64,000 bases of DNA from an uncultured candidate division Zixibacteria bacterium (GTDB taxonomy: Bacteria; Zixibacteria; MSB-5A5; RBG-16-43-9). Position 1 is the first letter of the stretch; the number at the start of each line of letters is the position of its first letter. The notes under the pieces were generated by a model. That model ran no database searches, was not told the origin of the DNA, and saw only the letters and a list, made by a program, of their open reading frames with translations. Below, one piece after another: positions 48,974-59,942 of the stretch. Where the stretch lies: positions 640,001-704,000 of the forward strand of contig OY970208.1 in assembly GCA_963713865.1 (NCBI GenBank). The letters are read 5' to 3'. The position numbers and the translations under genes were made by a program.

Positions 48974-50461
48974 CTAATCTATCCTTAAAGGATTATTCCA
49001 GTAAAATCTGGTTGCACCTCTTTCAGTCCCAAACCAGATATAATCCCCATCTAAAAGCAGTGTTTGAATGTTGTTGTCCAGAAGCCCATCCTCTTTATAA
49101 TACCCCTTCCAGATATTATTTTGCTTATCCAATCTCCATGCCCCCATAATCGTCCCTACCCAAAGATATTTATCATCGCAGACCAGTTTAGTAACCTCTA
49201 TACCAGGATAATTAACTGGTGATTGGTAAATCTTCCTGTTCTTGTTAACAAGATCTACACTTACGACTGCATCCCTGGTTCCAAACCACAGCTCATCTTT
49301 ATATTTGTAAATGGACTTTACCTCCTGATTCAAAATCCCTTCAGGAATATTAAAGGGAATCACCTCTCCTGATTTCTTATTCAGCTGAAAAGCTCCCCTA
49401 TCCGTTCCTATCCAGATAAAGTTTGAATCCTTCTCAATCGAATAGATGTAAGCACCTTTAATTAATTGATCTTTTATCCGGGCAACTGTGTCTCTTTTAG
49501 CTAAATATAAATTTAGCCCCGACCGTGTTCCAATCCAGAGTAATCCCTGGTCGGACTTCAAAGCTGTAACATCATTATCCCAGAGCCCCTTGAAACTATC
49601 ATAAGTTTTCCATCGATTTTTCTTCTTATCATAACGCAAAAGTCCCCTGTCAGTTCCAAACCAGACATATTGAGAATCTTTTTCCATACAGGTAATATTT
49701 CTGTTCGCCAGCTCTATTATAGAGGTAGAAACAAAATAATCCCAAACTCCCTCTTTACGGTTATATCTGCTTATTCCGTTCTCTCTCTGGAGAAAACTTT
49801 CACCCCCGAAAAAAAGATTATCCCCATCTATGATCAGAGCCTTGACATCCTGATTAAAAAGCCCGGTTTTAAACACTTTAAGTTCTAAATAGCGGGGAGA
49901 GCCCAATCCCACATTCAACCCCCAGGTCCCTATCCACAGGTTTCCCCATTCATCAAAAAGGTAATCTGTGACTTTATACCTATTCAGATAAAGATCGGTG
50001 ATGTAACCTTCCGGGTAAAAATAATAACCGAAATCCATAAAGAAGGATGGAAAAACGAAATTGGAGGAATCTCTATGCACCAACTCGTAAGGGAAATCAC
50101 TTTCAGTATAAAATTCCTGAAAAGCTGGAATATAACTGCAGACTCCGGAATAGGTTTTAAAATAAAGTTCATTTCTCTGGGGGTCATAAGCTATCTTTTC
50201 CACCCGGTTATCCAGGAGACCATCGCTTTCAGTTAAAGGCTCCACCCATTTGTCAGCAAAAAAATCATACATGGAGACTCCGCCCGTGGTTCCAAAGTAA
50301 ATAAAGTTGAAATCTTTCTCGATGCAGTTCACATATCTTAAAACCGTATAGCTTTTCCAGTCTCCTGGACGATAAGGAGGCTTGGCATAGGAAGAAATAG
50401 AAAAGAGTAGGATTAATAAAATGGATAAAACAAATAAAGTTATGATTTTCTTGTTTTTCAT
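48974..50461 (-). CDS. Secreted beta-propeller protein (two-component regulator propeller repeats)
   Basis: Signal peptide; repeated 'W(F/I)GT..G', 'DGL.DN'. Confidence 0.75.
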   Translation of the reverse strand: MKNKKIITLFVLSILLILLFSISSYAKPPYRPGDWKSYTVLRYVNCIEKDFNFIYFGTTGGVSMYDFFADKWVEPLTESDGLLDNRVEKIAYDPQRNELYFKTYSGVCSYIPAFQEFYTESDFPYELVHRDSSNFVFPSFFMDFGYYFYPEGYITDLYLNRYKVTDYLFDEWGNLWIGTWGLNVGLGSPRYLELKVFKTGLFNQDVKALIIDGDNLFFGGESFLQRENGISRYNRKEGVWDYFVSTSIIELANRNITCMEKDSQYVWFGTDRGLLRYDKKKNRWKTYDSFKGLWDNDVTALKSDQGLLWIGTRSGLNLYLAKRDTVARIKDQLIKGAYIYSIEKDSNFIWIGTDRGAFQLNKKSGEVIPFNIPEGILNQEVKSIYKYKDELWFGTRDAVVSVDLVNKNRKIYQSPVNYPGIEVTKLVCDDKYLWVGTIMGAWRLDKQNNIWKGYYKEDGLLDNNIQTLLLDGDYIWFGTERGATRFYWNNPLRID

Positions 50462-50550
50462 ATAGCTTGGCGGGCAAGGGTGCCCGTCTTACGAGTCATA
50501 AAAGGGGTAAAATCGTAGGCAGGGCTCCCAGCCCTGCAAATAAAAATATT

Positions 50551-51744
50551 TTAAAAACCTCTCAAAAAATCAAAAACCACCTGAGCCAACAAGCTTGAAC
50601 CTATATAAATTCCCTCCTCATCTACTTTCCATTTAGGATGGTGCCAGGGATAGACTGCCCCGATTTTTTCATTTCTGATTCCCAGTCTTATAAACGAACC
50701 TTGAACCTCTCTTAAATAATAGGCAAAATCCTCAGCCCCCATCATCGGCTCTTTGATCTCGTGAATTGCCTCTTTGCCGAATAAGTCAGTAATTGAACCC
50801 CTGACCAGGTCTGTCATAACTATATCATTTATCAAAACCGGATAGCCATAATTATATCTCAGTTCAAAATCAGCACCATAACCTTTGGCAACACCTGCGA
50901 CGATCTCTTTTATCAGGGCTGGTATTTTTCTGGTAATGGATTTCTCTAAAGTTCTGGCAGTTCCTTTTAAAACCACCTTATCGCAGATTATATTTCTGGC
51001 AGTTCCGCCTTCGATTACCCCTACACTTACAACCACTGGTTTTAAGGGGCTAATTCTCCGGCTGGGAATAGTCTGCAATGCCTGAATAACCGCTGAGGCA
51101 ACTACAATTGCATCCACTCCATCCTGGGGTTTGGCACCATGCCCTCCTTTGCCGATTATGGTAATATCAAAATCATCTGCTTCTGCCATCATCGGACCAT
51201 TTTTTACACCAATTTTCCCAACCGGGATATTGGAATCACAATGTAAGCCGAATATCCCATCAACTTCAGGATTTTTAAGCACCCCAGCTTTAATCATCGG
51301 ATAGGCACCACCTGGAGTTGCCTCTTCACTCGGCTGAAAAATAAATTTTACCTTTCCCGGCAGTTCATCTTTTAAACTCGATAAAATTTTAGCAGCCCCT
51401 ATAACACAAGACATATGCACATCATGTCCACAGGCATGCATCTTTCCAGAAATCTTAGATTTGTAAGGAAGACCAGTCAACTCCGTGACCGGCAGGGCAT
51501 CAATATCCGCCCGCAGTGCAACAGTTTTACCCTTTTTATTTCTATTCAATAACCCAACCACACCCGTCTTAGCCACACCCTTTTTAATATCCAGACCAAT
51601 CTTTTGAAGCTCCCGAACGATAATCTCTGAAGTTTTAAATTCCGTATAGGCAACTTCAGGATACTGATGAAGCTCCCTTCTCAGTTTAACCAATGAGGGG
51701 AAAAACTCTTCAGATAGATTTTTTATTTTTTCTTCAATCTTCAT
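50551..51744 (-). CDS. M20D family amidohydrolase
   Basis: 'LRADIDALP', 'MHACGHD', 'FQPSEE', 'MGAEDF'; SD GGAGGAG before 51744. Confidence 0.93.
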   Translation of the reverse strand: MKIEEKIKNLSEEFFPSLVKLRRELHQYPEVAYTEFKTSEIIVRELQKIGLDIKKGVAKTGVVGLLNRNKKGKTVALRADIDALPVTELTGLPYKSKISGKMHACGHDVHMSCVIGAAKILSSLKDELPGKVKFIFQPSEEATPGGAYPMIKAGVLKNPEVDGIFGLHCDSNIPVGKIGVKNGPMMAEADDFDITIIGKGGHGAKPQDGVDAIVVASAVIQALQTIPSRRISPLKPVVVSVGVIEGGTARNIICDKVVLKGTARTLEKSITRKIPALIKEIVAGVAKGYGADFELRYNYGYPVLINDIVMTDLVRGSITDLFGKEAIHEIKEPMMGAEDFAYYLREVQGSFIRLGIRNEKIGAVYPWHHPKWKVDEEGIYIGSSLLAQVVFDFLRGF

Positions 51745-51865
51745 TCTATAACTCCTCCAGAAAGAGTAATTGGAGTGTAAAGCTTTAGCTTTACCTTTTG
51801 GCAAACCTAAGGGTTCGCACTCCAAAATCTTTTTAACATACCTCAATCTCAGCCGATTTGGTTTA

Positions 51866-53437
51866 TCACTCGACTAACTGTTTCAACACCTCTGGCAATT
51901 TCTCCATCATATCCCCGGCAATCATCCCCATCTCACCTTTTTCCTCCTTAGCTAAATCTCCACATAGTCCATGAATGTAAACCCCGGCTAAAGCAGATTC
52001 AAGCATGCTCTTTTTAATATCCTGTTTCTTCAGCAGAATCATCTGAGCTAAAAGCCCGATTATAATCCCGGTCAAAACATCCCCAGAGCCTGCGGTTGCC
52101 ATACCGGCATTGCCAGTAGGATTAACATAAATTTCTCCTTCTGGCTCACCGATAATCGTAGGTGCTCCTTTAAAGACAAGCACACAATTAAATTTCTTGG
52201 CTGATTCGGAAGCATACCTTATCCTGTTTTTGGCAATCTCTTCTATGGGGACACTAGTCAATCTGGACAATTCGCCTATATGCGGAGTTAAAATCAGAGG
52301 AGCTTTTGACTGATTTAATATCGAAGAATCTTTGGCAATAGCATTCAATCCATCCGCATCTATGACCATAGGCAGCTCGATCTTAGTAATCAATCTTCTG
52401 ACTAACTCCACAGTCTCGAAATGCTGACCCAGGCCCGGACCTAAAGCCACACAATCCGCCCATTTTAAAGCCTGCATTATCTCACCTAATCCCCGCAGGG
52501 CTAAAACTCCTTTTTTTCTCACATCCGGCAATGGTTTGGTCATAACCTCAGTAACTTTTATCTCCATTATCTCGTTCAGGCTTTTTGGAATCCCCAAAAT
52601 TGCCATCCCGGCACCAGCTTTTAAACAGGATAAAGAAGCTAAAGTTGCTGCACCGGTCATCCCGGTTGAGCCAGCTATAAGAAAAGCCTTACCGCAGTTT
52701 CCCTTATGCGCATCTCCCAGACGTTGAGGAAGAGAACTCTTAACCTCTTGTTCGGTTATTAAATTCAGATTTATTTTCTGCTCCTCTATTACCCCTTGAG
52801 GTACACCTATATCTATAACATCTACTTTTCCGCAAAAACTTTTACCTGGAAAGAAAAATTGTCCTATCTTGGGCAATCCCATAGTTGGGGTAGAGTCTGC
52901 TTTCACACATACCCCTTCAACAGAGCCGGTATCAGCATCCAAACCTGAGGGGATATCTATGGATAAAACTTTTATCGGGGTCGAATTCATCAGGAGTATC
53001 GCCTTTTCTTCCAAACCAGTTGCTTTACCTTTGAAGCCGGTGCCGAAGATCGCATCCACTATCAGATCAGCTTTAAACTCAAAGGGAAGCTCCTTTTCTT
53101 TTAAAATCTCTTTGACAGGTAAGTTTAAATCAATTGCCTTTTTTAAATTAACCAGAGCATCCCCTTTAACCTCTTCTTTTTTTCCTAAGAGGTAGAATTC
53201 TACTTCCGCTCCCCAGGAAGATAAATATCTTCCTACGACAAATCCATCTCCACCATTGTTTCCTTTTCCGCAGAAGATAATCACTTTTTTATCCTCAACT
53301 TCTCCATTCAGAATCTTTTTTGCCACAAGAGATGAACCCAGTCCAGCTTTTTCCATTAGCTCCAGGCCGGGAATACCTATCTCTTCGATAGTGGTCTTAT
53401 CTATTTTTCTCATCTGCTCTGAGGTTACTAATTTCAT
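51866..53437 (-). CDS. nnr: Bifunctional NAD(P)H-hydrate epimerase/dehydratase
   Basis: 'GKGNNGGDG', 'HKG..G', 'TPH.GE', 'MATAGSGDVL'. Confidence 0.95.
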   Translation of the reverse strand: MKLVTSEQMRKIDKTTIEEIGIPGLELMEKAGLGSSLVAKKILNGEVEDKKVIIFCGKGNNGGDGFVVGRYLSSWGAEVEFYLLGKKEEVKGDALVNLKKAIDLNLPVKEILKEKELPFEFKADLIVDAIFGTGFKGKATGLEEKAILLMNSTPIKVLSIDIPSGLDADTGSVEGVCVKADSTPTMGLPKIGQFFFPGKSFCGKVDVIDIGVPQGVIEEQKINLNLITEQEVKSSLPQRLGDAHKGNCGKAFLIAGSTGMTGAATLASLSCLKAGAGMAILGIPKSLNEIMEIKVTEVMTKPLPDVRKKGVLALRGLGEIMQALKWADCVALGPGLGQHFETVELVRRLITKIELPMVIDADGLNAIAKDSSILNQSKAPLILTPHIGELSRLTSVPIEEIAKNRIRYASESAKKFNCVLVFKGAPTIIGEPEGEIYVNPTGNAGMATAGSGDVLTGIIIGLLAQMILLKKQDIKKSMLESALAGVYIHGLCGDLAKEEKGEMGMIAGDMMEKLPEVLKQLVE

Positions 53438-53439
53438 AT

Positions 53440-54255
53440 CTACCCCTTTTTTCTATATAGATTGAATGAATCTCTTAATCTCTTTGCCTCTTCTCTGGCA
53501 GATTGAGCAAAATCTTTTTCGGATGAAGCATAGATGACCCCTCTGGAGGAATTAATTATGGCTAACTCCCCGTTCTTGTCAGTTCCATACTTAACAGTAA
53601 GCTCCGCATCCCCTTTCTGAGCTCCTACTCCCGGGATTAAGATAGGGAAATCTTGAGCTATTTCCCTTATCTCTTTCAACTGTTCAGGATAAGTAGCACC
53701 AACTACCAAACCGCAATTCCTTTTCTTATTCCAGCTTTTGACCTTTTCAGCCACGATCTTGTATAATGGTTTCCCATCAATATTCTGAAGTTGAAAATCT
53801 TTAGCTCCAACATTAGAAGTTAAACAGAGGATAAAAGAGCATTTATCCTCATATTCCAGGAAGGGAGCTAAGCTATCCTCACCTAAATAGGGATTCAAAG
53901 TCACACCATCTGCTTTGAATTCATCAAAAATTGCTTTAGCATACATCTTGGATGTATTTCCGATATCCCCTCTTTTAGCATCCAAGATAACCGGGATATT
54001 TTCAGGGATGTATTCGCAGGTTTTCTTCAAAGCCTCAAGCCCTTTTATCCCATAAGCCTCATAAAAGGCTAAGTTTGGCTTATAAGCACAAACCATATCC
54101 TTGGTCGAATCTATAATTTTTTGATTAAAACTAAAAATCGGGTCTTTTTCCTGAAGTAAATATTTAGGGATTTTCTCTAATTCAGTATCCAAGCCAACGC
54201 AGAGAAGAGAGTTGTTTTTGTGAGACACATTTTTTAGTTTTTCGATGAATTTCAT
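53440..54255 (-). CDS. pyrF: Orotidine-5'-phosphate decarboxylase
   Basis: 'LCVGLD', 'LDAKRGDIGNT', 'PGVGAQ', 'NSSR'. Confidence 0.96.
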   Translation of the reverse strand: MKFIEKLKNVSHKNNSLLCVGLDTELEKIPKYLLQEKDPIFSFNQKIIDSTKDMVCAYKPNLAFYEAYGIKGLEALKKTCEYIPENIPVILDAKRGDIGNTSKMYAKAIFDEFKADGVTLNPYLGEDSLAPFLEYEDKCSFILCLTSNVGAKDFQLQNIDGKPLYKIVAEKVKSWNKKRNCGLVVGATYPEQLKEIREIAQDFPILIPGVGAQKGDAELTVKYGTDKNGELAIINSSRGVIYASSEKDFAQSAREEAKRLRDSFNLYRKKG

Positions 54256-54340
54256 TTAATATCCTTTCGAAATTAACCTCACAGCTGATTATTAAGATTA
54301 AGCTGATGCTCTGCTGTAAAAATTTGTTTAATCCGCTCAA

Positions 54341-55261
54341 TCAGCTATGAACCTTCAACTTTCCTACCAAATCTCCAATCTTTTTTATCCTCTTTTCCTT
54401 AAAATATTTTCTTAATCCTTCAACAATTTTTACCGAGCATTCCGGGTCAACGAAATTTCCAGTGCCTATTTGTATCATAGAGGCACCAGCTAAGATAAAT
54501 TCTAAAGCATCCTGGTAATTCATAATCCCGCCTATCCCTATAATCGGGATTTTCACCTGTTGGGCTACTTTCCAAACCATAGCCAAAGCCACGGGCTTAA
54601 TCGCTGGACCGGAAAGGCCTCCAGTTATATTTTTAAGTTTCGGTTTTTTAGTCTCTAAATCTATTGCCATACCCACCAGGGTATTGATTAAAGAGATCGC
54701 ATCTGCACCAGCATCCTTTACTGCTAAGGCAGTTTTCACGATATCGCTGACATTTGGGGAAAGCTTAGCTATAATCGGAAAAGAGGTACTCTCTTTTACA
54801 GCTTTTATGCATTTATAAGCAGATTCAGAATTGGAGCCGAAAGCAATCCCGCCTTCTTTGACATTAGGGCAGGAGATATTTATCTCTAAGAGGTCTATCC
54901 CCTTTTTACATTCTAATCTTTTCACCACCTCAACATATTCTTCTATTGAGCTCCCCGCTACATTGACAATCACTTTTGTCTTAAGGGTTCTTAAAAAAGG
55001 CAGCTTCTCTTTGATAAACCTTTCTACCCCCACATTAGCTAAGCCTATGGCATTCAGCATCCCGGCTGGGGTCTCGCAGGTTCTGGGTGGAGGATGACCT
55101 TCTCTGGGGTTTAAGGTGACCGACTTGGTGATTATCCCGCCTAATCTATTCAAATCGAAAATGGAACCATATTCTTCACCATATCCAAAAGTCCCTGAAG
55201 CCACCAGTACCAGGTTGGAGAATTTGACCTTTCCTATTCTAACTGAAAGATCCGGGTTCAA
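54341..55261 (-). CDS. pyrD: Dihydroorotate dehydrogenase B, catalytic subunit
   Basis: 'ASGTFGYG', 'NISCPN', 'GGLSGPAIKP'. Confidence 0.96.
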   Translation of the reverse strand: MNPDLSVRIGKVKFSNLVLVASGTFGYGEEYGSIFDLNRLGGIITKSVTLNPREGHPPPRTCETPAGMLNAIGLANVGVERFIKEKLPFLRTLKTKVIVNVAGSSIEEYVEVVKRLECKKGIDLLEINISCPNVKEGGIAFGSNSESAYKCIKAVKESTSFPIIAKLSPNVSDIVKTALAVKDAGADAISLINTLVGMAIDLETKKPKLKNITGGLSGPAIKPVALAMVWKVAQQVKIPIIGIGGIMNYQDALEFILAGASMIQIGTGNFVDPECSVKIVEGLRKYFKEKRIKKIGDLVGKLKVHS

Positions 55262-56085
55262 TCTAAGATCACCTCCCTGGCATCAAATACCGGTCCCTCT
55301 TTACACACCCTCTTATACCCTTTAACTGTATTTACCACACATCCTAAGCAGGCACCTATACCGCAGGGCATATGGTTTTCTAAAGAGACCTGGCAGTTAA
55401 GATTTAATCTTCTTGAAATAGAAGAGACCTCCTTGAGCATCGGATTTGGTCCACAGGCATAAAACTTCGTATTTTTTAAATTTATTCTTTTTTCTTTTAA
55501 CTCCTGATAAAAAAGTGAAGTTATCATCCCCCTGTATCCGACGCTACCGTCCTCTGTAGCAATATGAAGTTTAATCACGGATGAGACAAGTTCCTCTATC
55601 AAGATAAGTTCCTCCTTTTTTTTAACACCGAAGAAAAGAGTGATCTTTTCTGGGCTATATTTTTTCTTTAAAAGAAAATCTATAAGATAAAATAAAGGAG
55701 CTATCCCCATTCCTCCAGCTAAAAGAACTGTATATTCTCCTTTATCAGGAAAAGTAAAGGAGTTCCCCAGAGGAGCCAAAAGGTCAATTTTCTCTCCCGG
55801 ATTTTTCCTGGATAAAATCTCTGTGCCGGGTCCTACAACTTTAATCAGAAGCTCAAAACTATTCTTCTCTTTTTCCATCTGATGAAGACTGAAAGCCCTT
55901 CTCAGAAGAGGAAAATAAGTTTGGTTTACTCTCAGATGGCAGAAGTTACCAGGCAAAGCTTTCTGTGCGATATTCGGTGAAAAAATCTTTAATCTGAATA
56001 CCTTCTGGTTTAAACTCTCAATTGAAAAAATCGAGCCTTCTTCTTTATAAATCATCTTTTCTTTTACGCTCCATTTTTCGTTCAA
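55258..56085 (-). CDS. pyrK: Dihydroorotate dehydrogenase electron transfer subunit
   Basis: 'GGMGIAPL', 'ACGP', 'CGIGACLGC...C.EGPVF'. Confidence 0.94.
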   Translation of the reverse strand: MNEKWSVKEKMIYKEEGSIFSIESLNQKVFRLKIFSPNIAQKALPGNFCHLRVNQTYFPLLRRAFSLHQMEKEKNSFELLIKVVGPGTEILSRKNPGEKIDLLAPLGNSFTFPDKGEYTVLLAGGMGIAPLFYLIDFLLKKKYSPEKITLFFGVKKKEELILIEELVSSVIKLHIATEDGSVGYRGMITSLFYQELKEKRINLKNTKFYACGPNPMLKEVSSISRRLNLNCQVSLENHMPCGIGACLGCVVNTVKGYKRVCKEGPVFDAREVILD

Positions 56086-56097
56086 AAAGTTATTCTT

Positions 56098-58110
56098 TTA
56101 ATCAGTGCTTTGAGGAGGTGGATTGACATCTATCTCATATAAGAACCATTTCCCCAAATCCAATGGGTCAATAAGCTGAGGGTTAAAGGTAGTATTTAAA
56201 GCGGCATTTTTAGCCGCTTCGTCGATCTCCGCATTGTTCAGGGAATTTAAAATCACCGCTTCAGTTACTTTCCCGGTGTAATCAATTATTATCTTCAAAA
56301 CCACTTTGCCTTTTGTTCCCGTCTCTATCTGGGACTCAGGATAAATAAATGTACCTGTAGTCACTGGCTGAGGTGCCTTGGGTATTTCCGGGGGTTTGGG
56401 TACTTTGGTCGTATCGGAAGTATCTGCAGGGGTTGTGGTTTGAGTCTGCGGCTGGGTTGCTGGAGCAGGTGTCTTAGCTGCTTTCTGTCCTAATTTCTTT
56501 CTGGCGAAATCAGCATACTCTGTTCCCGGATATTTATCGATTAGAGATTTATAAGCTAAAGCTACACTGCTGTCCCCGGGATTATTGTAGTTCTCTAAAA
56601 TCCAGGTAAGTGCGAACTCAGATTTAGAGGCATATTTGGATTGAGGATAATCATTAACGATCTTTTTAAATATGGCTACAGCAGAATCAACCTTTTCAGC
56701 TTTAAAGAGGAGGCTTTCCGCTAATATATACTCCTTTTCCACCAAATTTATCCCAAGAGAGTCCTCAGATAGACCAAGGAATAAAAGCGATTTTTTAGCA
56801 TAATCACAATTCGGATATTTATCTACTATCTCCTGATAGTAATCCTTTGCCTTTGTGCTATCCTGAAAGATATTCTCATAGATCCAGGCAATAGCATAAA
56901 GCGATTTCGGAACATATTCGGTTTCCGGATATTTATCTACAATGCCCTGGTATTCAGCTAAAGCTGATTCAGGCAGGTTCATCTTGATAAGATAGAACTC
57001 CGCCAGAAGGAAAAGGGGCTGGACCGCTTTTTCCGATTCCTCTTTGGTTACCTGCTCCTGGTAGCTGGATAATTTTGAGATATCCGCACTCTTCTCTAAG
57101 GCTAATTTGGCAGAAGGTGAGTCTGCTTTATCGGTTTTAGCCTTATCGAAATACTCCTGGGCTTTTTTAAAATCCTTTTTTTGTTCTAAATAGATCATCC
57201 CGATTCTATAGAAAGCCTCAGATGATTCGTTGGTTTTCGGATAGGCCAGGCTTATCTTTTCAAATTTCCCTAAGGCTAAATCCAGACTGTCCTGCAGTTT
57301 ATATCCTTCTGCTATCTTCAGCTCTATCTGGGGAAGGTATTTAACATACTTTTTCTCCCTGGATAAGTCTGAAAAAATATTTAACCCCTCTTTATAGTTT
57401 TTTAAATTGTAAATCGCCTCTCCGGTCCAGAAAATCGATTTATAAACCAGCTCTCCCTGTTCCCCGTATTTTCTTACTGCGGAGAAGCTCTCTTTTGCCT
57501 GGGTAAAATCTTTTAGCTTAAAATAACCCTCTCCAATCCTGAACTGAGCTAAGGCGTTCAACTCATCTTTAGGATATTGAGAAAGCATCCTTTTGTAGAA
57601 GGTTATTGCTTCAGCATATTCGCCTTCCTCAAATTTTATCTCCCCTAATTTGAAACAGACTTCAGACTTCCTTTTCTTCAGCTTGGGATTATCCAGAAGT
57701 GATTTTAAAGCTTCTGTAGCTTCAAATCTATTCCCCTGTTTATACTGACTTAAACCTAAGTAATAATAGGATTCCTCACTAAATTCGCTTTTAGGAAAAT
57801 TAGTGATCAGCTCCTGAAACTTCCTTTCCGCCTTGGCATAATCCCCCATATTGAAATAGGACTTTCCAATCAGAAAAAGGGCATCATCCACCCATTTGGA
57901 TTTAGGATGAAAAGTCAGAACTTTGGAAGCTTTCTTTATAGCTTCATCATAATACTTAGCCTCACCCGAGGAAGCCACTTCCCTCCCTGCCTTTTTTTGA
58001 GCTTTCTCCGCCTTTTTATAACTTTCCTCTGCATGATAAAAGGTGTTATAATATATACAGGAGAAAATAAAGAGCAAGGAAATCCCCAGGATTAAAACAC
58101 CTTTTCTCAT
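56098..58110 (-). CDS. TPR-repeat lipoprotein with Pro/Thr linker and TonB-like C-terminal domain
   Basis: Lipobox 'FSC', many TPRs, 'YPES....G..GKV.L...ID..G.V'. Confidence 0.75.
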   Translation of the reverse strand: MRKGVLILGISLLFIFSCIYYNTFYHAEESYKKAEKAQKKAGREVASSGEAKYYDEAIKKASKVLTFHPKSKWVDDALFLIGKSYFNMGDYAKAERKFQELITNFPKSEFSEESYYYLGLSQYKQGNRFEATEALKSLLDNPKLKKRKSEVCFKLGEIKFEEGEYAEAITFYKRMLSQYPKDELNALAQFRIGEGYFKLKDFTQAKESFSAVRKYGEQGELVYKSIFWTGEAIYNLKNYKEGLNIFSDLSREKKYVKYLPQIELKIAEGYKLQDSLDLALGKFEKISLAYPKTNESSEAFYRIGMIYLEQKKDFKKAQEYFDKAKTDKADSPSAKLALEKSADISKLSSYQEQVTKEESEKAVQPLFLLAEFYLIKMNLPESALAEYQGIVDKYPETEYVPKSLYAIAWIYENIFQDSTKAKDYYQEIVDKYPNCDYAKKSLLFLGLSEDSLGINLVEKEYILAESLLFKAEKVDSAVAIFKKIVNDYPQSKYASKSEFALTWILENYNNPGDSSVALAYKSLIDKYPGTEYADFARKKLGQKAAKTPAPATQPQTQTTTPADTSDTTKVPKPPEIPKAPQPVTTGTFIYPESQIETGTKGKVVLKIIIDYTGKVTEAVILNSLNNAEIDEAAKNAALNTTFNPQLIDPLDLGKWFLYEIDVNPPPQSTD

Positions 58111-59006
58111 TCTATAAACCCTTCCTTCTGCACCCAGCCACAGGATAAGCCACAGGAGTCAAAGTAGTTAAAAGCTAACTCATATTCCGATTTTTTTATC
58201 CTGCGATCCAGTGGAGGGAAATCTTTTGCCTGATAGGCAGGGAAATATTGCCCCATCAGGCTGATCCAGACTTTAGCTGAAACCTCTTTTGCTAAAAATT
58301 CAAAGGATTCAAAACTCCCAGCTATATTTTCAGGCAGAACCAGATGCCGAACTATAATTCCGGATACGGCCAGACCGGAACTATTCAATTTCAGATTCCC
58401 TGTCTGTCTAAACATCTCTTTTATATTTCTCCGATTTATCTTGACATACTCTTCAGCTCTTGAAAAGTTATATGCTTTATCATCTTCAGAATAACGCATA
58501 TCCGGTAGGTAGACATCCACAACCCCATCTAAAAGAGACAAAGCTTCTTTTGATTCATAACCTGAGGTATTATAAACTACAGGCAGAGAAAAACCTTTCC
58601 CCCAGGCAAAAAAAAGCGCCTCTAAGATCTGAGGGATAAAATGAGTTGGAGTTACCAGGTTGAGATTATGGGCACCCTTTTTCTCCAAATCAAGGAACTT
58701 CTCGGCTAACTCTATAGTGGAAACCTTTTTACCTTTTCCCATCTGGCTAATGGGATAGTTCTGACAATAGACACAGCTCAGACTGCAGTTGGTAAAAAAG
58801 ATTGTGCCTGAGCCCTTTTCTCCTGAAATGGGTGGCTCCTCACCAAAATGCAGATTGGCACTCGAAATAAATACCTCCTTGCCACTTCTACATCTTCCTT
58901 TTTCACCCTTAAGCCGATTAACACCACATTCAAACCCACAAAGATGGCAGGAGCTCAAGATTTTATAACCTTCCTCAACCCTACTCTCAATGTCGTTTAC
59001 TCTCAT
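58107..59006 (-). CDS. Radical SAM protein (PflX-like)
   Basis: 'CSLSCVYCQN', 'NLVTPTH', 'VRHLVLP'. Confidence 0.9.
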   Translation of the reverse strand: MRVNDIESRVEEGYKILSSCHLCGFECGVNRLKGEKGRCRSGKEVFISSANLHFGEEPPISGEKGSGTIFFTNCSLSCVYCQNYPISQMGKGKKVSTIELAEKFLDLEKKGAHNLNLVTPTHFIPQILEALFFAWGKGFSLPVVYNTSGYESKEALSLLDGVVDVYLPDMRYSEDDKAYNFSRAEEYVKINRRNIKEMFRQTGNLKLNSSGLAVSGIIVRHLVLPENIAGSFESFEFLAKEVSAKVWISLMGQYFPAYQAKDFPPLDRRIKKSEYELAFNYFDSCGLSCGWVQKEGFIE

Positions 59007-59140
59007 ACAAATTAATACGATACAAACCAACTGGAGTGTAATCCGCCTTTGGTGGACAGCTTTACTTTATACCCTGGTCGATTCAAAAACAAAACGATTC
59101 ATTTTGATAAACCTGAAGGTTTATAATCCAAAAACCTATC

Positions 59141-59890
59141 CTATGGATTTACTTCTCGCATAGAGTCTATTATCTCAGGCATAATTTCCCCAGCCTTCCC
59201 CAGGAAAACCTCATCCGCTAAACTGGAGAGTTCAGTCCTTTCTAAATTCACCTCAATTAAATAAGCTCCTGCTCTTTTAGCTATCAATGGCAAGGAAGCT
59301 GCTGGATAGACTATGGCGGAAGTCCCGATGGAGAAAAAAAGGTCGCAGAAGGAGGAGAATTCAAAAGCTTTCTTTATCGCCTCTTCAGGAAGCATCTCCC
59401 CAAACCAGACTACATCCGGGCGTAGCATCCCACCGCATCTGCATTTGGGCGGAATCTCCTCAGATGAAAACTCCAGCTCTTCTAATTTTTGCCCGCAGTC
59501 TATACATTTATTTCTCTTGATATTCCCGTGAAGCTCGATAACCTCCTTTGACCCAGCTTTCTGATGCAAGCCATCCACATTCTGGGTTATCAGATGGAAA
59601 TTTTCAAAATAGGATTGCATTTCCACTAAACTCCAGTGAGCAGGATTAGGCTTAACCTCAGAGATAAGTTTTCTCCGGTATTCGTACCATTCCCAAACCA
59701 ATTGCGGGTTGGAGATAAAAGCATCAAAAGTGGCTAATTCCTCCGGCTTGAACTTCTTCCAGAGCCCATCTTCTCCTCTAAAAGTAGGAACACCGCTTTC
59801 CGCAGAAATCCCAGCCCCGGTTAAAACCACCACCCTTTTATCTTTTTGAAGATAAGATTTTAAAACATCTGAAAGTATATATCTATCCAT
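59141..59890 (-). CDS. cobB: NAD-dependent protein deacylase (sirtuin)
   Basis: 'GAGISAESGVPTFR', 'TQNVDGLH', 'RPDVVWFGE'. Confidence 0.95.
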   Translation of the reverse strand: MDRYILSDVLKSYLQKDKRVVVLTGAGISAESGVPTFRGEDGLWKKFKPEELATFDAFISNPQLVWEWYEYRRKLISEVKPNPAHWSLVEMQSYFENFHLITQNVDGLHQKAGSKEVIELHGNIKRNKCIDCGQKLEELEFSSEEIPPKCRCGGMLRPDVVWFGEMLPEEAIKKAFEFSSFCDLFFSIGTSAIVYPAASLPLIAKRAGAYLIEVNLERTELSSLADEVFLGKAGEIMPEIIDSMREVNP

Positions 59891-59942
59891 TTGAATAATA
59901 ATATATTTTTGATAAAAAAATATCAAGGATTTATTTTTAGTA

